Assembly: GCA_045128175.1 (NCBI GenBank)
Contig: JBGVRF010000045.1
Coordinates: 3,453 to 67,452, forward strand
Direction of reading: 5' to 3'
DNA: 64,000 bases
From: Candidatus Scatosoma sp.
GTDB taxonomy: Bacteria > Bacillota > Clostridia > Christensenellales > Borkfalkiaceae
The translations under genes and the position numbers were made by a program. Below, in pieces: positions 37,834-47,634 of this stretch. The notes beneath the pieces were generated by a model. It saw only the letters and a list, made by a program, of their open reading frames with translations. It searched no databases and had not been told where the DNA came from. How positions within the stretch are numbered: position 1 is the stretch's first letter; every line of letters begins with the position of its first letter.

Positions 37834-38649
37834 TCAGGAGTTCCGAAAGGCGCTGCTGCGGTCGATAGGTCCGGAAAGTTCGCTCATGCGTATTGCAGTG
37901 GGCTTGCGCTTGCCGTAGCCCGTGGAGTTATATCGTCCGCCCGAACAATCGCCGCAATCGCAACAGCCGTCGCAACCGTCGCCGCAGTCGCAATCGTCAC
38001 AGCCCGCAAGGCATAAAAGTACGATGACGAGCAGTAAAAACGTAGCAACCAGCGCGGGAGTCACGGTTGCTTTTAACAGTTCTGTAAAATCGTCCGCGGG
38101 GATAAGAGAACCCAGCGCGAGAAAACCGAGGAGCAGGAAGAAAAACAGCAGAAACATTCCCGTTTCGGGCGGTTGGCGCAAGCCGAACGCCTGTAAAAGC
38201 AGGGGCAACAGCCAACGCGCAAGGAAAATACTGCCGACTATCCATATTATGTAACAGACCACTACGTACCAGATCCGATATTTCAACTTTGGTACGGTCA
38301 ACAATGCCATTAACAGCAGATAACACCCTGCGACCATAAAGGCGAGGGTGATCAATGAACCAAAATTCAGTGGAATATTTTTGCCGACGATGAATGCGCC
38401 GATGAACAGCCCCGCGCCGATCGCGTTGCAAAGCAGGGCTAGTACGGCGAAAACGAACAGGTCTTTGTTGGTAAGGAGAATAAAAAATACCAACGACAGC
38501 ACCCAAAACACCACGCCGATACCGAACGAAGCGCCCCATTGCCAACCAAGCGATGCAGAGAGGGTCGCGCTGCCGTAGGCGAGAAAGCTCGCGAGCAGAA
38601 GATATGTAAAAATCAGGCTGAACGCCTGCCATAATTTTTTACTGTTCAC
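37834..38649 (-). CDS. polytopic membrane protein with a Cys/Asp-rich C-terminal cluster
   Basis: GTG start with AGGAGA 6 nt upstream (the longest ORF extends to 38691). About 7 TM segments, and the tail contains CLAGCDDCDCGDGCDGCCDCGDC. Confidence 0.65.
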   Translation of the reverse strand: MNSKKLWQAFSLIFTYLLLASFLAYGSATLSASLGWQWGASFGIGVVFWVLSLVFFILLTNKDLFVFAVLALLCNAIGAGLFIGAFIVGKNIPLNFGSLITLAFMVAGCYLLLMALLTVPKLKYRIWYVVVCYIIWIVGSIFLARWLLPLLLQAFGLRQPPETGMFLLFFFLLLGFLALGSLIPADDFTELLKATVTPALVATFLLLVIVLLCLAGCDDCDCGDGCDGCCDCGDCSGGRYNSTGYGKRKPTAIRMSELSGPIDRSSAFRNS

Positions 38650-38782
38650 TTTATTTCTCCTCTTAAAAATCGGTCGAATACAGTATAACATATCTTTTTG
38701 TGCTTGTCAAGTGAAAAATTTTTTTATTTTGTATTGACAAAACGGGTGTTGTATAGTATAATAGAAAAAGTGAGGTGGAAAT

Positions 38783-39715
38783 ATGCCTAAATATTCGATA
38801 ATCGTACCCGCGTACAACGAGGAAAAGAGTTTGCAGCTTTTTTACGACGCGGTGACGCCAATGATGGAAGGACTGAACGAAGAATACGAGATGATTTTCG
38901 TAAACGACGGTAGCAGGGATGAGACGAAAGACATTTTGCGCGGACTTGCCGAAAAGGACAAGCGGGTGAAGGTGTGCAATTTTTCCCGTAATTTCGGACA
39001 GCAAGCGGCGCTTTTATGCGGTTTGAAGGAATCGAGCGGCGAAGCGGTGATCGCGATGGACGCCGATCTGCAGGATCCGCCCGAGGTCGCGTTGCAAATG
39101 ATCGAAAAGTGGAAGGAAGGCTTTGACGTGGTGCACGGCAAGCGCAGGAAGAGAAAGGGGGAGACCGTGTTCAAGAAAGCGACGGCGTTCTTCTTCTACC
39201 GCTTTATGCGCAAGATCACGGGGCTGGACATGCCTGCCGACGTGGGCGATTTTAAGCTGTACGATCGGAAGGTGGTGGACGCGATCCTGTCCATGGGCGA
39301 ACACGACCGTTTGTTGCGCGCGCAGGTCACTTGGGTGGGCTTTAAACAGACGTTTATCGAATTCGACCGCCCCGAACGCGTAGCGGGCGAAACGCATTAC
39401 ACGCTGAAAAAGATGATCAAATTGGCGGAATCGGGGATATTCCCGAACACCGATTATACGCTGACCCTGCCGATCAAGCTGGGGTTGTTGTTGGGATTTG
39501 CGAGCGTGGCGTGCTTTGTTACGTTTATCGTTTTGTCGATCTGCAACGTATGGTTTGGCGGGTTGACGGCGTGGCTGTTCCCGACGGTCGCGGCGTTGGT
39601 CGCGGTCGTGCTGGTTTGCCAAGGCATGGCGAACATTCACACGGCGATGATCTACAAGGAAGTGCAGAACCGTCCGAAATACGTGGTGGCGGAAAAGCTG
39701 AATTTTGAGGACTGA
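38783..39715 (+). CDS. family-2 glycosyltransferase (GtrB/polyprenyl-phosphate glycosyltransferase-like) with two C-terminal TM segments
   Basis: Motifs SIIVPAYNEE, NDGSRD, MDADLQDPPE, and a membrane tail. Confidence 0.88.
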   Translation: MPKYSIIVPAYNEEKSLQLFYDAVTPMMEGLNEEYEMIFVNDGSRDETKDILRGLAEKDKRVKVCNFSRNFGQQAALLCGLKESSGEAVIAMDADLQDPPEVALQMIEKWKEGFDVVHGKRRKRKGETVFKKATAFFFYRFMRKITGLDMPADVGDFKLYDRKVVDAILSMGEHDRLLRAQVTWVGFKQTFIEFDRPERVAGETHYTLKKMIKLAESGIFPNTDYTLTLPIKLGLLLGFASVACFVTFIVLSICNVWFGGLTAWLFPTVAALVAVVLVCQGMANIHTAMIYKEVQNRPKYVVAEKLNFED

Positions 39716-39774
39716 GCGCAATTTTTATCGCGCGTTTATCGCGTATTTATCGCGTAGGATCGAGGAGAAAATTC

Positions 39775-40800
39775 ATGATCGATAAAGAGGAAGTGAGAAA
39801 AGAACGGAGAACGCGGATCCGCTGGACGATAGGGATCGTTGCGTTTGACGTTCTTTTTGTTATTATTGTCGCGGTGTTCGGGTCGCTGTTGCTATTGAAG
39901 CTTTTTCCCGATATTCCGCAGGAAAATCTGACGGGGATCCTGACGACGGTTGCCGTACTTGTCTGCGTTCCGACCATCTTGTCGCGGAAAACGATCATTG
40001 AAAATTGGTCGAAATATTATCGCGAGCAGAAGAAACAACTGCGGCAAAGCCTTGACAAAGCGACGGCGCAGGCGGAGACGGAGAACGAAACGCTGAAAAC
40101 ACGGCTTTGTTTGCCCGAAGGAGCGAGAACGTGGTGGGACGAGAGCTCTTCGCAGGCGGGCGGCTCGATGAAGTTGCGTTGGGCGGGTTGTATCGTTTTG
40201 GAAGTATTGTGTATTCTGCTGACGGTGGGGGTCGTCGTATATAGTATGTTTTTGCCGCCCGAGGCGTGCGTAACGTTGATGCTGGTCGGGTTCGTTTTGG
40301 GGATCTACGGCTTTTGCGTGTTGTGCGAGGCGTACGTGAAGGGGATATTCTATTCGGTCACGCCCGTCGCTTGTTACGCCCTGCCGCTTGCCGCGCTTTG
40401 GTTTTCGGGCGTACGGACGGAGTGGATATTGGGCGTTGTGACGGTCGTCGTCGGGTCGGTCCTTTTCGTGCTGTTTATGTGGCTCGTTGTCGTTCGTCCG
40501 CAACGCAAAAAACAACGTATCCTGTCGGAATATCAAATGCAAAATAAGAAAGAGCCGCAAGATTGGTTTGAGGATGCGTGGGGATTTGTTTGCGGATTTG
40601 TTTCCGCAAGCGGTCGTCGGGTTTTTATTTATAAAAGCTACGCGCCGTTGGAGGAGGCTGCGCCGTTTATCGTGACGATATCGCAGGACGTAACGTATAA
40701 GGGCGTGAAGATCGAGAATGGAAAACAGGAGCGGATCGAAGGGATCGAAACGCAAGAGGAAGCGGAACGTATTGCCGTAAAATTATTGGAGGAAGAATAA
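39775..40800 (+). CDS. membrane protein of unknown function
   Basis: 341-aa ORF with N-terminal and central TM clusters and a soluble C-terminus. Confidence 0.6.
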   Translation: MIDKEEVRKERRTRIRWTIGIVAFDVLFVIIVAVFGSLLLLKLFPDIPQENLTGILTTVAVLVCVPTILSRKTIIENWSKYYREQKKQLRQSLDKATAQAETENETLKTRLCLPEGARTWWDESSSQAGGSMKLRWAGCIVLEVLCILLTVGVVVYSMFLPPEACVTLMLVGFVLGIYGFCVLCEAYVKGIFYSVTPVACYALPLAALWFSGVRTEWILGVVTVVVGSVLFVLFMWLVVVRPQRKKQRILSEYQMQNKKEPQDWFEDAWGFVCGFVSASGRRVFIYKSYAPLEEAAPFIVTISQDVTYKGVKIENGKQERIEGIETQEEAERIAVKLLEEE

Positions 40801-41095
40801 ACGGAAAAACCTGCCTTTTTGGTAAAACCAAGGAGGCAGGTATTTGTTTACGTTAAAAATCGTTAAAAAGTCGGAACCGTCATAGTGCTCGCTATGCTCG
40901 CTTAGTCGGCATGACGGAGGGGCAGGTATGCGTTTACCGAGCTTATTTCCCCCTTTTAACGATATAACGAGCGAAAAAGTATTTTTAAAATTCCTGTATT
41001 TTGTGATGATTTTTCTGTGGTAAATGTATTGTAATTTCCTTTTTTATGTTTTATAATGGGGAAAACCTAAAACAAAACGGATAAGGAGATCAAAA

Positions 41096-42577
41096 ATGAC
41101 AAAAAAGAAAACTTTAGCTTTGGCGCTCTGTCTTTGTATGCTGGCTTCGGTCGGCTTCGGAGCCTGCGAAAACAACGTTGCGTCTACGGGCGACGATCCT
41201 GTAAGCGCTTCCGATTCGGAAACCCCTGTTTCCTCCTCGTCGGGCGCGGCGGCGTCGGATTCCGCTTCGGCTTCCACAAAGCCCGAGGAACCCGAAAGAA
41301 TTTTGCAGGACGAATTTTTGCTCGGGTCGTGGGTCGCGTACTATAACCCCTTGGAGGGCGGATTGTCCATGCGCCAGCAGACCGAACAGCTTGCGGACGC
41401 GGGGATCAATTTTATTATGTACGGCAGTTGGATAAACGACGCGGGAGAAAGCGTAGAGCGGGATCTGCAATCGGTTGATTGGTGGAAATACGTGGACGAC
41501 GTCATGGTCGAGAACGGAATGAAATATATGTTCTCGGCGAGCGGCGGCGGTGCGAACAATCCCGAGAACGTTAAGGGGGCGCTGGACAATCTTTCCGCAG
41601 AGGCGGTAGCAAGCGCGCAGAACATCGTGCCCAATCTTCAGAACTGCATCGGGTATATGGTCAAGGATGAGCCCGTTGCTTCGGAGTTGCTTTCGATCGC
41701 GAATATCTCCAAACAGTATGCGACGATCAAGAACGGCGCATATCCGATGGTAAATATGAATCCGAGCACGGTCGGGGAGGTATACGGCTGGAGCGTCCTC
41801 GGCGGCAGCTATGAGTCGTATTTTGATATGTGGGTAAACTACGTCGGGGCGGAGAATATCGAATATATCAGCCACGACCATTACGCGTTCGGCAAGACCA
41901 AGACGGACATGACCATTTTCAACGACATGGAGATCATGCGTAAGGTAGGCTTGAAATACGATCTGAAAACGCACGGCTTCCCGCAGGCTTGCGGCTGGGG
42001 CGGACAGAGAATGCCCAACGCCGACGAGATCAGATGGAACGTGTACGCATACTTGGCCTATGGCTTTAAGGCTATTTCCTATTTTAATTACGTTATGTGG
42101 GACTCGGAAGGCTGTTATGCAGGGCTGATCGATCTGGAAGGCAACATCAAGGATCAACAGCTGTACGACGACGTTGCGAAGATGAATTGGGAGATCCGCG
42201 CGACGAGCGATATTATTATGCATCTCGATTGCATACACGCGTATCACAATTTGGATAATACGGGGGAAAAGGTGGAGCTGTTGCCGTATAACGCATTGGC
42301 GAATCCGCCTGCGAACGCGGACGTGATCGTGTCGTATATGACGGCGCGCGACGGTAGCGAGCCGTATTTGATGATCTTCAACAAATCGTTTGAAAACGAG
42401 ATCGTCGATATGCCTTTCGAGCTTGGTAAAGGCAAAGGGATCACGGGGTTGGAGGCGTTCGATCCGTCCACGGGCGAATATCAGACGCTTGCGATCGAAA
42501 ACGAAACGTTCAAGCTTAGCTTGAAAAAGGGGGAAGGTAAATTCATCCGCCTTTCCGGCGACGTAAAGATAAGCTGA
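41096..42577 (+). CDS. secreted lipoprotein, possibly a TIM-barrel glycoside-hydrolase-like protein
   Basis: Lipobox SVGFGAC, a Ser/Ala linker, and an NEP-like motif (VKDEP). The fold assignment is tentative. Confidence 0.6.
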   Translation: MTKKKTLALALCLCMLASVGFGACENNVASTGDDPVSASDSETPVSSSSGAAASDSASASTKPEEPERILQDEFLLGSWVAYYNPLEGGLSMRQQTEQLADAGINFIMYGSWINDAGESVERDLQSVDWWKYVDDVMVENGMKYMFSASGGGANNPENVKGALDNLSAEAVASAQNIVPNLQNCIGYMVKDEPVASELLSIANISKQYATIKNGAYPMVNMNPSTVGEVYGWSVLGGSYESYFDMWVNYVGAENIEYISHDHYAFGKTKTDMTIFNDMEIMRKVGLKYDLKTHGFPQACGWGGQRMPNADEIRWNVYAYLAYGFKAISYFNYVMWDSEGCYAGLIDLEGNIKDQQLYDDVAKMNWEIRATSDIIMHLDCIHAYHNLDNTGEKVELLPYNALANPPANADVIVSYMTARDGSEPYLMIFNKSFENEIVDMPFELGKGKGITGLEAFDPSTGEYQTLAIENETFKLSLKKGEGKFIRLSGDVKIS

Positions 42578-42600
42578 TCGGACGAGAGGAAAATATGACG

Positions 42601-42629
42601 AAGGAGGCCTGCGGGTCTCCTTTATTTTT
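42601..42629 (+). terminator. rho-independent terminator
   Basis: 9-bp stem AAGGAGGCC/GGTCTCCTT (one G-U pair) followed by a T run. Confidence 0.7.
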
Positions 42630-42670
42630 ACGGCAAGGAAAAGGACTTCGCTGTGAAAGCCGCAAAACAG

Positions 42671-42699
42671 TTTACATTTTAAAGAAAATAGTGTATAAT
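42671..42699 (+). promoter_or_regulatory. sigma-A promoter for metG
   Basis: TTTACA, 17-nt spacer, TATAAT. Confidence 0.6.
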
Positions 42700-42733
42700 A
42701 TGGAAGATAAAGAAGAATAAAGGAGTAGGTTTT

Positions 42734-44743
42734 ATGGTAAAGAAACCTTATTACATCACTACGGCGATCGCGTATACCTCGGGTAAACCCCACATCGGAA
42801 ACACCTACGAGGCGATCCTTGCGGACGCGATTGCGCGGTTTAAGCGTAAGGAAGGCTATGACGTATTTTTCCAGACGGGCACGGACGAGCACGGACAGAA
42901 GATCCAAGAAAAAGCGGAAAAGGCAGGCGTAACGCCGCAGGCGTACGTGGACAATATCGCGGGTGAGATCAAGGGAATATGGGATCTTGTCGGTACTTCG
43001 TACGATAAATTTATCCGCACAACGGACGCCGACCACTGCAAACAGGTGGCGAAAATGTTTAAAAAATTCTACGACCAAGGGGATATCTATAAAGGATATT
43101 ACGAAGGGATGTATTGTACCCCCTGCGAATCGTTTTGGACGGAAAGCCAGCTTGTAGACGGTAAATGCCCCGATTGCGGTAGAGAGGTCAAGCCCGCAAA
43201 AGAAGAGGCGTATTTCTTTAAAATGGGCAAATATGCCGACCGTCTGATCGAACATATCAATACGCATCCCGAATTTATCCAGCCTGTTTCCCGTAAAAAC
43301 GAGATGATGAACAATTTCCTGTTGAAAGGCTTGCAGGATCTGTGCGTATCGCGTACGTCGTTTACGTGGGGAATCCCCGTGGACTTCGATCCCAAGCACG
43401 TCACGTATGTGTGGATGGACGCGCTCAGTAACTATATTACAGGCATCGGATACGACGCGGACGGCAATCACAGTGAGGCTTATAAAAAATATTGGCCTGC
43501 CGATCTGCATTTGATCGGTAAGGATATCCTGCGTTTCCACACCATCTATTGGCCGATCTTCCTGATGGCGCTCGGCGAGCCTTTGCCTAAGCAGGTGTTC
43601 GGGCATCCCTGGCTGTTGCAGGGGGACGGAAAGATGAGCAAATCCAAAGGAAACGTGATCTATGCGGACGATCTTGCGCGCCTGTTCGGCGTGGACGCCG
43701 TGCGCTATTTCGTATTGCACGAAATGCCGTTTGATAACGACGGGCAGATCACATGGGAGTTAGTGACCGAGCGTTTCAATACCGAGCTCGCGAACGTTTT
43801 GGGCAACCTTGTCAATCGTACGATCGCGATGATCGAGAAATATTTCGGCGGTACGGTCGTAAGATCGTTGCCTGCAAACGAAGAGGATCCTGACGCGGAG
43901 TTTAAGGCTACCGTGACGGGTGTTGTGGCGAAGGTGACGGCGAAGGCGGACGAGCTGCGTATCGCAGACGCGATCTCCGAGGTGTTCACTCTGTTCCGTC
44001 GCGCAAACAAGTACATCGATGAAACGATGCCTTGGGTGCTTGCGAAAGACGAGAGCAAGAAGGCGCGTTTGAACGACGTGCTGTATAACCTTGCGGAGGC
44101 AATCCAGATCGGCGCTTCGCTTTTGGATAGCTTTATGCCCGAAACGAGCGCGAAGATTTTGGCGGCATACGGTGCGGAAAGTAGGAGCCTGAAGGATTGT
44201 GCTTCGTTTGGTTTGCGCGAAAGCGTAACGGTGACGACGATTCCGCCGCTGTTTGCGCGGATCGATTTTAAAGCGCTTGCGCCCGAGATCGAAAAAATCC
44301 GTACGGAACAGGCTGCGGCGTATGCTGCAAGCGAAGGCGGAGAAGTGGCGAATACAGCCGAAAAGTCGGTGAACGCAGACATGGGTGCTTCGTCTGAGGG
44401 GAAAGAAGAAAAAGTACCCGAGATCACGTTTGACGATTTTGTGAAAGTACAGCTTCGTGTAGGCGAGATCGTTGCGTGCGAGGCAGTGCCGAAATCGTCC
44501 AAGCTTCTGAAAGAAACGGTGAAATTCGGGGAGGAAGTGCGGACGATCGTTTCGGGAATCGCGAAGCATTACAAGCCCGAGGAGATGGTGGGTAAGAAGG
44601 TTGTATTCGTGACCAATCTTGCGCCGAGAAAGGTGTGCGGGATCGTGTCTGAAGGCATGATCCTTGCCGCGGAGGACGAGAAAGGCGCGCTTTCTCTTAT
44701 TGTTCCCGATAAGGATATTGAAAGCGGCGCAAGGCTCGGTTGA
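42734..44743 (+). CDS. metG: methionine--tRNA ligase with a C-terminal tRNA-binding (EMAP-like) domain
   Basis: Motifs KPHIGN and KMSKSKGN, a zinc knuckle CTPCE...CPDCG, and a C-terminal OB domain. Confidence 0.96.
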   Translation: MVKKPYYITTAIAYTSGKPHIGNTYEAILADAIARFKRKEGYDVFFQTGTDEHGQKIQEKAEKAGVTPQAYVDNIAGEIKGIWDLVGTSYDKFIRTTDADHCKQVAKMFKKFYDQGDIYKGYYEGMYCTPCESFWTESQLVDGKCPDCGREVKPAKEEAYFFKMGKYADRLIEHINTHPEFIQPVSRKNEMMNNFLLKGLQDLCVSRTSFTWGIPVDFDPKHVTYVWMDALSNYITGIGYDADGNHSEAYKKYWPADLHLIGKDILRFHTIYWPIFLMALGEPLPKQVFGHPWLLQGDGKMSKSKGNVIYADDLARLFGVDAVRYFVLHEMPFDNDGQITWELVTERFNTELANVLGNLVNRTIAMIEKYFGGTVVRSLPANEEDPDAEFKATVTGVVAKVTAKADELRIADAISEVFTLFRRANKYIDETMPWVLAKDESKKARLNDVLYNLAEAIQIGASLLDSFMPETSAKILAAYGAESRSLKDCASFGLRESVTVTTIPPLFARIDFKALAPEIEKIRTEQAAAYAASEGGEVANTAEKSVNADMGASSEGKEEKVPEITFDDFVKVQLRVGEIVACEAVPKSSKLLKETVKFGEEVRTIVSGIAKHYKPEEMVGKKVVFVTNLAPRKVCGIVSEGMILAAEDEKGALSLIVPDKDIESGARLG

Positions 44744-44745
44744 TT

Positions 44746-45531
44746 ATGTATATCGACGCGCATTGTCATTTAACGGGCGAGGAGTTTGAGCCGGTGGGCG
44801 GCGTAGAGGTGGTTTTGCGTCGCGCCGAGGAAAACGGAGTGGGCAGGGTCGTGTGTTCGGGCTTTGATCTTGATTCGTCCGTCGCTGCGAAGGAGCTTTC
44901 CGAACGATTTGAAAACGTGTATTTTTGCGCAGGGTTTCACCCCAGCGAATTGAAAAAACATCGGGAAGGGGATCTCGAGCGTATCCGAGAGCTGTGCGGG
45001 CATGAAAAATGTGTCGCTGTCGGCGAGATCGGGCTGGATCATCATTTCGAGGATAATCCCGTGGCTGAAACGCAAAGGGAGTTCTTTTTAAAACAGTTAG
45101 AGATCGCGGACGAGCTGGGGCTTCCCGTCGTTATTCACAGTCGCGACGCCGCGCAGGAAACGTTGGAACTTTTGCAAACGAACAAAGCGTTGCTTAAAAA
45201 AGGCGGATTGATGCATTGTTATTCGTATTCGCCCGAAATGATGGAGCTTTTCGAAGGGGTGGGGCTGTGTTTTTCTTTTGGCGGAACGTCCACCTTCAAG
45301 AATGCGAAGAAGGTGCAAGATTGCGTTCGTCGCATACCTGCCCACCTCATTTTGTCGGAAACGGACTGTCCGTATCTGACGCCCGTTCCCCATCGCGGGG
45401 AATTTCCCAATGAACCCAAAAATGTAAAGTACGTCGTGGAAAACCTCGCCGTACTTCGCGACGAAAATACGGAGGCGCTTGAAAAACAGATCGTCGAAAA
45501 CACGAAGCGGCTGTTTTTTAAGCTGAAATGA
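44746..45531 (+). CDS. tatD: TatD-family metal-dependent hydrolase
   Basis: N-terminus YIDAHCHL, plus EIGLD and HSRDA motifs. Confidence 0.9.
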   Translation: MYIDAHCHLTGEEFEPVGGVEVVLRRAEENGVGRVVCSGFDLDSSVAAKELSERFENVYFCAGFHPSELKKHREGDLERIRELCGHEKCVAVGEIGLDHHFEDNPVAETQREFFLKQLEIADELGLPVVIHSRDAAQETLELLQTNKALLKKGGLMHCYSYSPEMMELFEGVGLCFSFGGTSTFKNAKKVQDCVRRIPAHLILSETDCPYLTPVPHRGEFPNEPKNVKYVVENLAVLRDENTEALEKQIVENTKRLFFKLK

Positions 45532-45535
45532 TCCT

Positions 45536-46546
45536 ATGGAAGAAAACAAAAATAAAAACGAACAAAACGTACAAAACGCAGGCGGAAACGCCGCAAACAG
45601 AGTCGACGGCGAAAACGGCGGTCGTCGCAGAAGAAAGCACAAGTCTTCGGGTGTTCAGGGCGAAAGCCATAACGCAAACCGCAACGAGAATCATAATGAA
45701 AATCGCGAACAGGGCAGTAAACAGCAACAACAGCCCAAACAACAAAATCAAGGCGGGCAAAGTGCGCAAAATCAAAGCTTGAAACAAAAAAACAAAAACC
45801 AATCGCAGAATCAACAAGCGCAAAACAAGCCCAATCAGCAACAAAACGGGAAAAATCAGAAACCGCAGAAAAATCAAAATAGCGGGAGCAGGGATAAGAC
45901 GAATGACAAAAACGAGCGTAAAAAGGAGGAAAACCGCAAGGATACCTACGTCTATACGCTGGACGGAAATTTGTATATCAATCTGACCAACAAATGCTCG
46001 AACGGATGCGATTTCTGCGTGCGTAACGAGCGAAACAGCTATTACGGGAATTATCTTTGGCTCGTTCACGGCGATCCGACGGCAGAAAAAGTGATCGCGG
46101 CGGTGAAAGGATTTGGTGATCTGACGCGGTTCAAAGAGGTCGTTTTCTGCGGTTTTGGTGAGCCGACATATAAGGTCGCGGAGATGCTTTCGTTATGCGA
46201 TTTTTTCCATGAGAAAGGCTTGCGGACCCGATTGAATACCAATGGACAGGGAAATCTAATCAATAAGCGCGATATTACCCCCGAGTTGAAGGGGAAGATT
46301 GATCTTGTCAACGTTTCTCTCAATGCGTCCTGTGCGGAGAAATACCAGCCTATTTGCCGCTCGCAGTTTGGCGAGGCGGGATTTTCGGGAATGATCGAGT
46401 TTGCAAAACTGTGTAAACGCAACGGGGTTACTTGTCGGTTCTCGATCGTCGATTGTATTGGCGAAGAAGAAGTGGAGGCGTGCAAACGGCTTGCCGAAAG
46501 TATAAAAATTCCTTTGTATATACGCAAATATATTACCGATTCCTAA
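45536..46546 (+). CDS. TatD-associated radical SAM protein with a roughly 140-aa Q/N/K-rich N-terminal extension
   Basis: CSNGCDFC motif and placement directly after tatD. There is no in-frame ATG between 45536 and the radical SAM core. Confidence 0.75.
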   Translation: MEENKNKNEQNVQNAGGNAANRVDGENGGRRRRKHKSSGVQGESHNANRNENHNENREQGSKQQQQPKQQNQGGQSAQNQSLKQKNKNQSQNQQAQNKPNQQQNGKNQKPQKNQNSGSRDKTNDKNERKKEENRKDTYVYTLDGNLYINLTNKCSNGCDFCVRNERNSYYGNYLWLVHGDPTAEKVIAAVKGFGDLTRFKEVVFCGFGEPTYKVAEMLSLCDFFHEKGLRTRLNTNGQGNLINKRDITPELKGKIDLVNVSLNASCAEKYQPICRSQFGEAGFSGMIEFAKLCKRNGVTCRFSIVDCIGEEEVEACKRLAESIKIPLYIRKYITDS

Positions 46547-46800
46547 TGGTAAAACAACGTATCTGCGTCGCAATACGTCGTCGAATTTACGTTTGGGCTT
46601 GGTCACGTACGTCCATGTACGCTCTCTGCCCCCAATCCGCATCCTTCTTGTCTTGCTCGCATCTACGCCGTTTTACTTCGCGTGGGTTAAGTAAGCGGGG
46701 AACTCACAACGTGATCCAACGGAAGGTTGGCGTTTTACTTTGCGTAGGTTGGACCAACTGAAAACTCAACGACTTGGTTCAGCGGAACGTTGGTAAATCT
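46547..46800. repeat. hairpin-rich intergenic region related to the repeat family
   Basis: Contains CCAAC-GGAAG-GTTGG, CAGCGGAACGTTGG (reverse complement of CCAACGTTCCGCTG), and duplicated GTTTTACTTYGCG. Short words are shared with 24590-24720. Confidence 0.4.
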
Positions 46801-46829
46801 ATCGGGGGAAATATATAAGGAAACAAAAA

Positions 46830-47618
46830 ATGAATATAAAAGAAACTGTACAAGAAGAGAAATTGCCGATGTCGCCCGTTCGGAAAAAATTTATTTGGAT
46901 AGCATTGCCCATTTGGGTCGCATTTACGGTGTTGCCTCTGATTTTGATCGGTATCTTGATAGGAGTCAACGAACAAAAATACGAATGGCTGATCATTGTT
47001 TGGGTTGCGACTGTTTGCGTGGTCGGGCTATTGTTTTTATGTTTCGGGACCCGTTGGTTGACGAAAAAGGAAACGGAATTCGAGCTGGAACATTACGCCT
47101 ATCTCTTTAAAAAGTCCGGCGTTTCGGACGTAGAAACGTACGCGTATGAGGATAGGGAAGTGGGCATGACCTACACCTTGACGAAAGAGGGTGTAAAGGC
47201 GGAATGGCCCGAAGAGGGGGAGCAGGTATTTGACGACGTAAAAACGAACGTGCGTTTTCTCGCCTGGGAAGATGCGGAGGTGTCGCTGGCGACCCACAAT
47301 CATATGCGCCGCGCGCACATCGCGTTGGCAATTTTTCCGAGCTTCGATTCCGATATCGAGCAATCGCAAAAACACGCGGATATGGGCATGGTGATTTTGC
47401 CGATGACGGAAGGGCTGTTTGCCGCGATCCGCGCGTTTGGTTTGGATGAAAAAACTTTTTCCGCCGACTGGTCCTATCTTTTTTACAACCCGACGGACGC
47501 CATGAAGCAGATCGTTTCCCGTGGGCGCATCCTCACGATGTGCAATAAAAAAACGGGCAAGATATTCGTGGATAAACGAGGAAATTTTGTAGCGGACAAC
47601 GAGCCGAAAGAAGAATAA
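46830..47618 (+). CDS. membrane-anchored protein of unknown function
   Basis: 262-aa ORF with two N-terminal TM segments and a soluble C-terminal domain. Confidence 0.6.
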   Translation: MNIKETVQEEKLPMSPVRKKFIWIALPIWVAFTVLPLILIGILIGVNEQKYEWLIIVWVATVCVVGLLFLCFGTRWLTKKETEFELEHYAYLFKKSGVSDVETYAYEDREVGMTYTLTKEGVKAEWPEEGEQVFDDVKTNVRFLAWEDAEVSLATHNHMRRAHIALAIFPSFDSDIEQSQKHADMGMVILPMTEGLFAAIRAFGLDEKTFSADWSYLFYNPTDAMKQIVSRGRILTMCNKKTGKIFVDKRGNFVADNEPKEE

Positions 47619-47634
47619 ACCGAGAGGATCCGAT

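Noticed and set aside
41114-43720. 868-aa ORF on the minus strand spanning the lipoprotein gene, an intergenic region and the 5' part of metG.
   Set aside because: It is antisense to two well-supported genes with clear motifs. It is Arg/His/Val-rich, with no recognisable domain, RBS or sensible boundaries. This is a typical shadow ORF generated by the codon bias of the sense genes.
45518-46069. 183-aa antisense ORF and an alternative plus-frame ORF (45528..45782) across the CAA/AAC-rich region.
   Set aside because: The low-complexity, T-depleted DNA keeps several frames open by composition alone. Only the frame continuing into the radical SAM core is supported.
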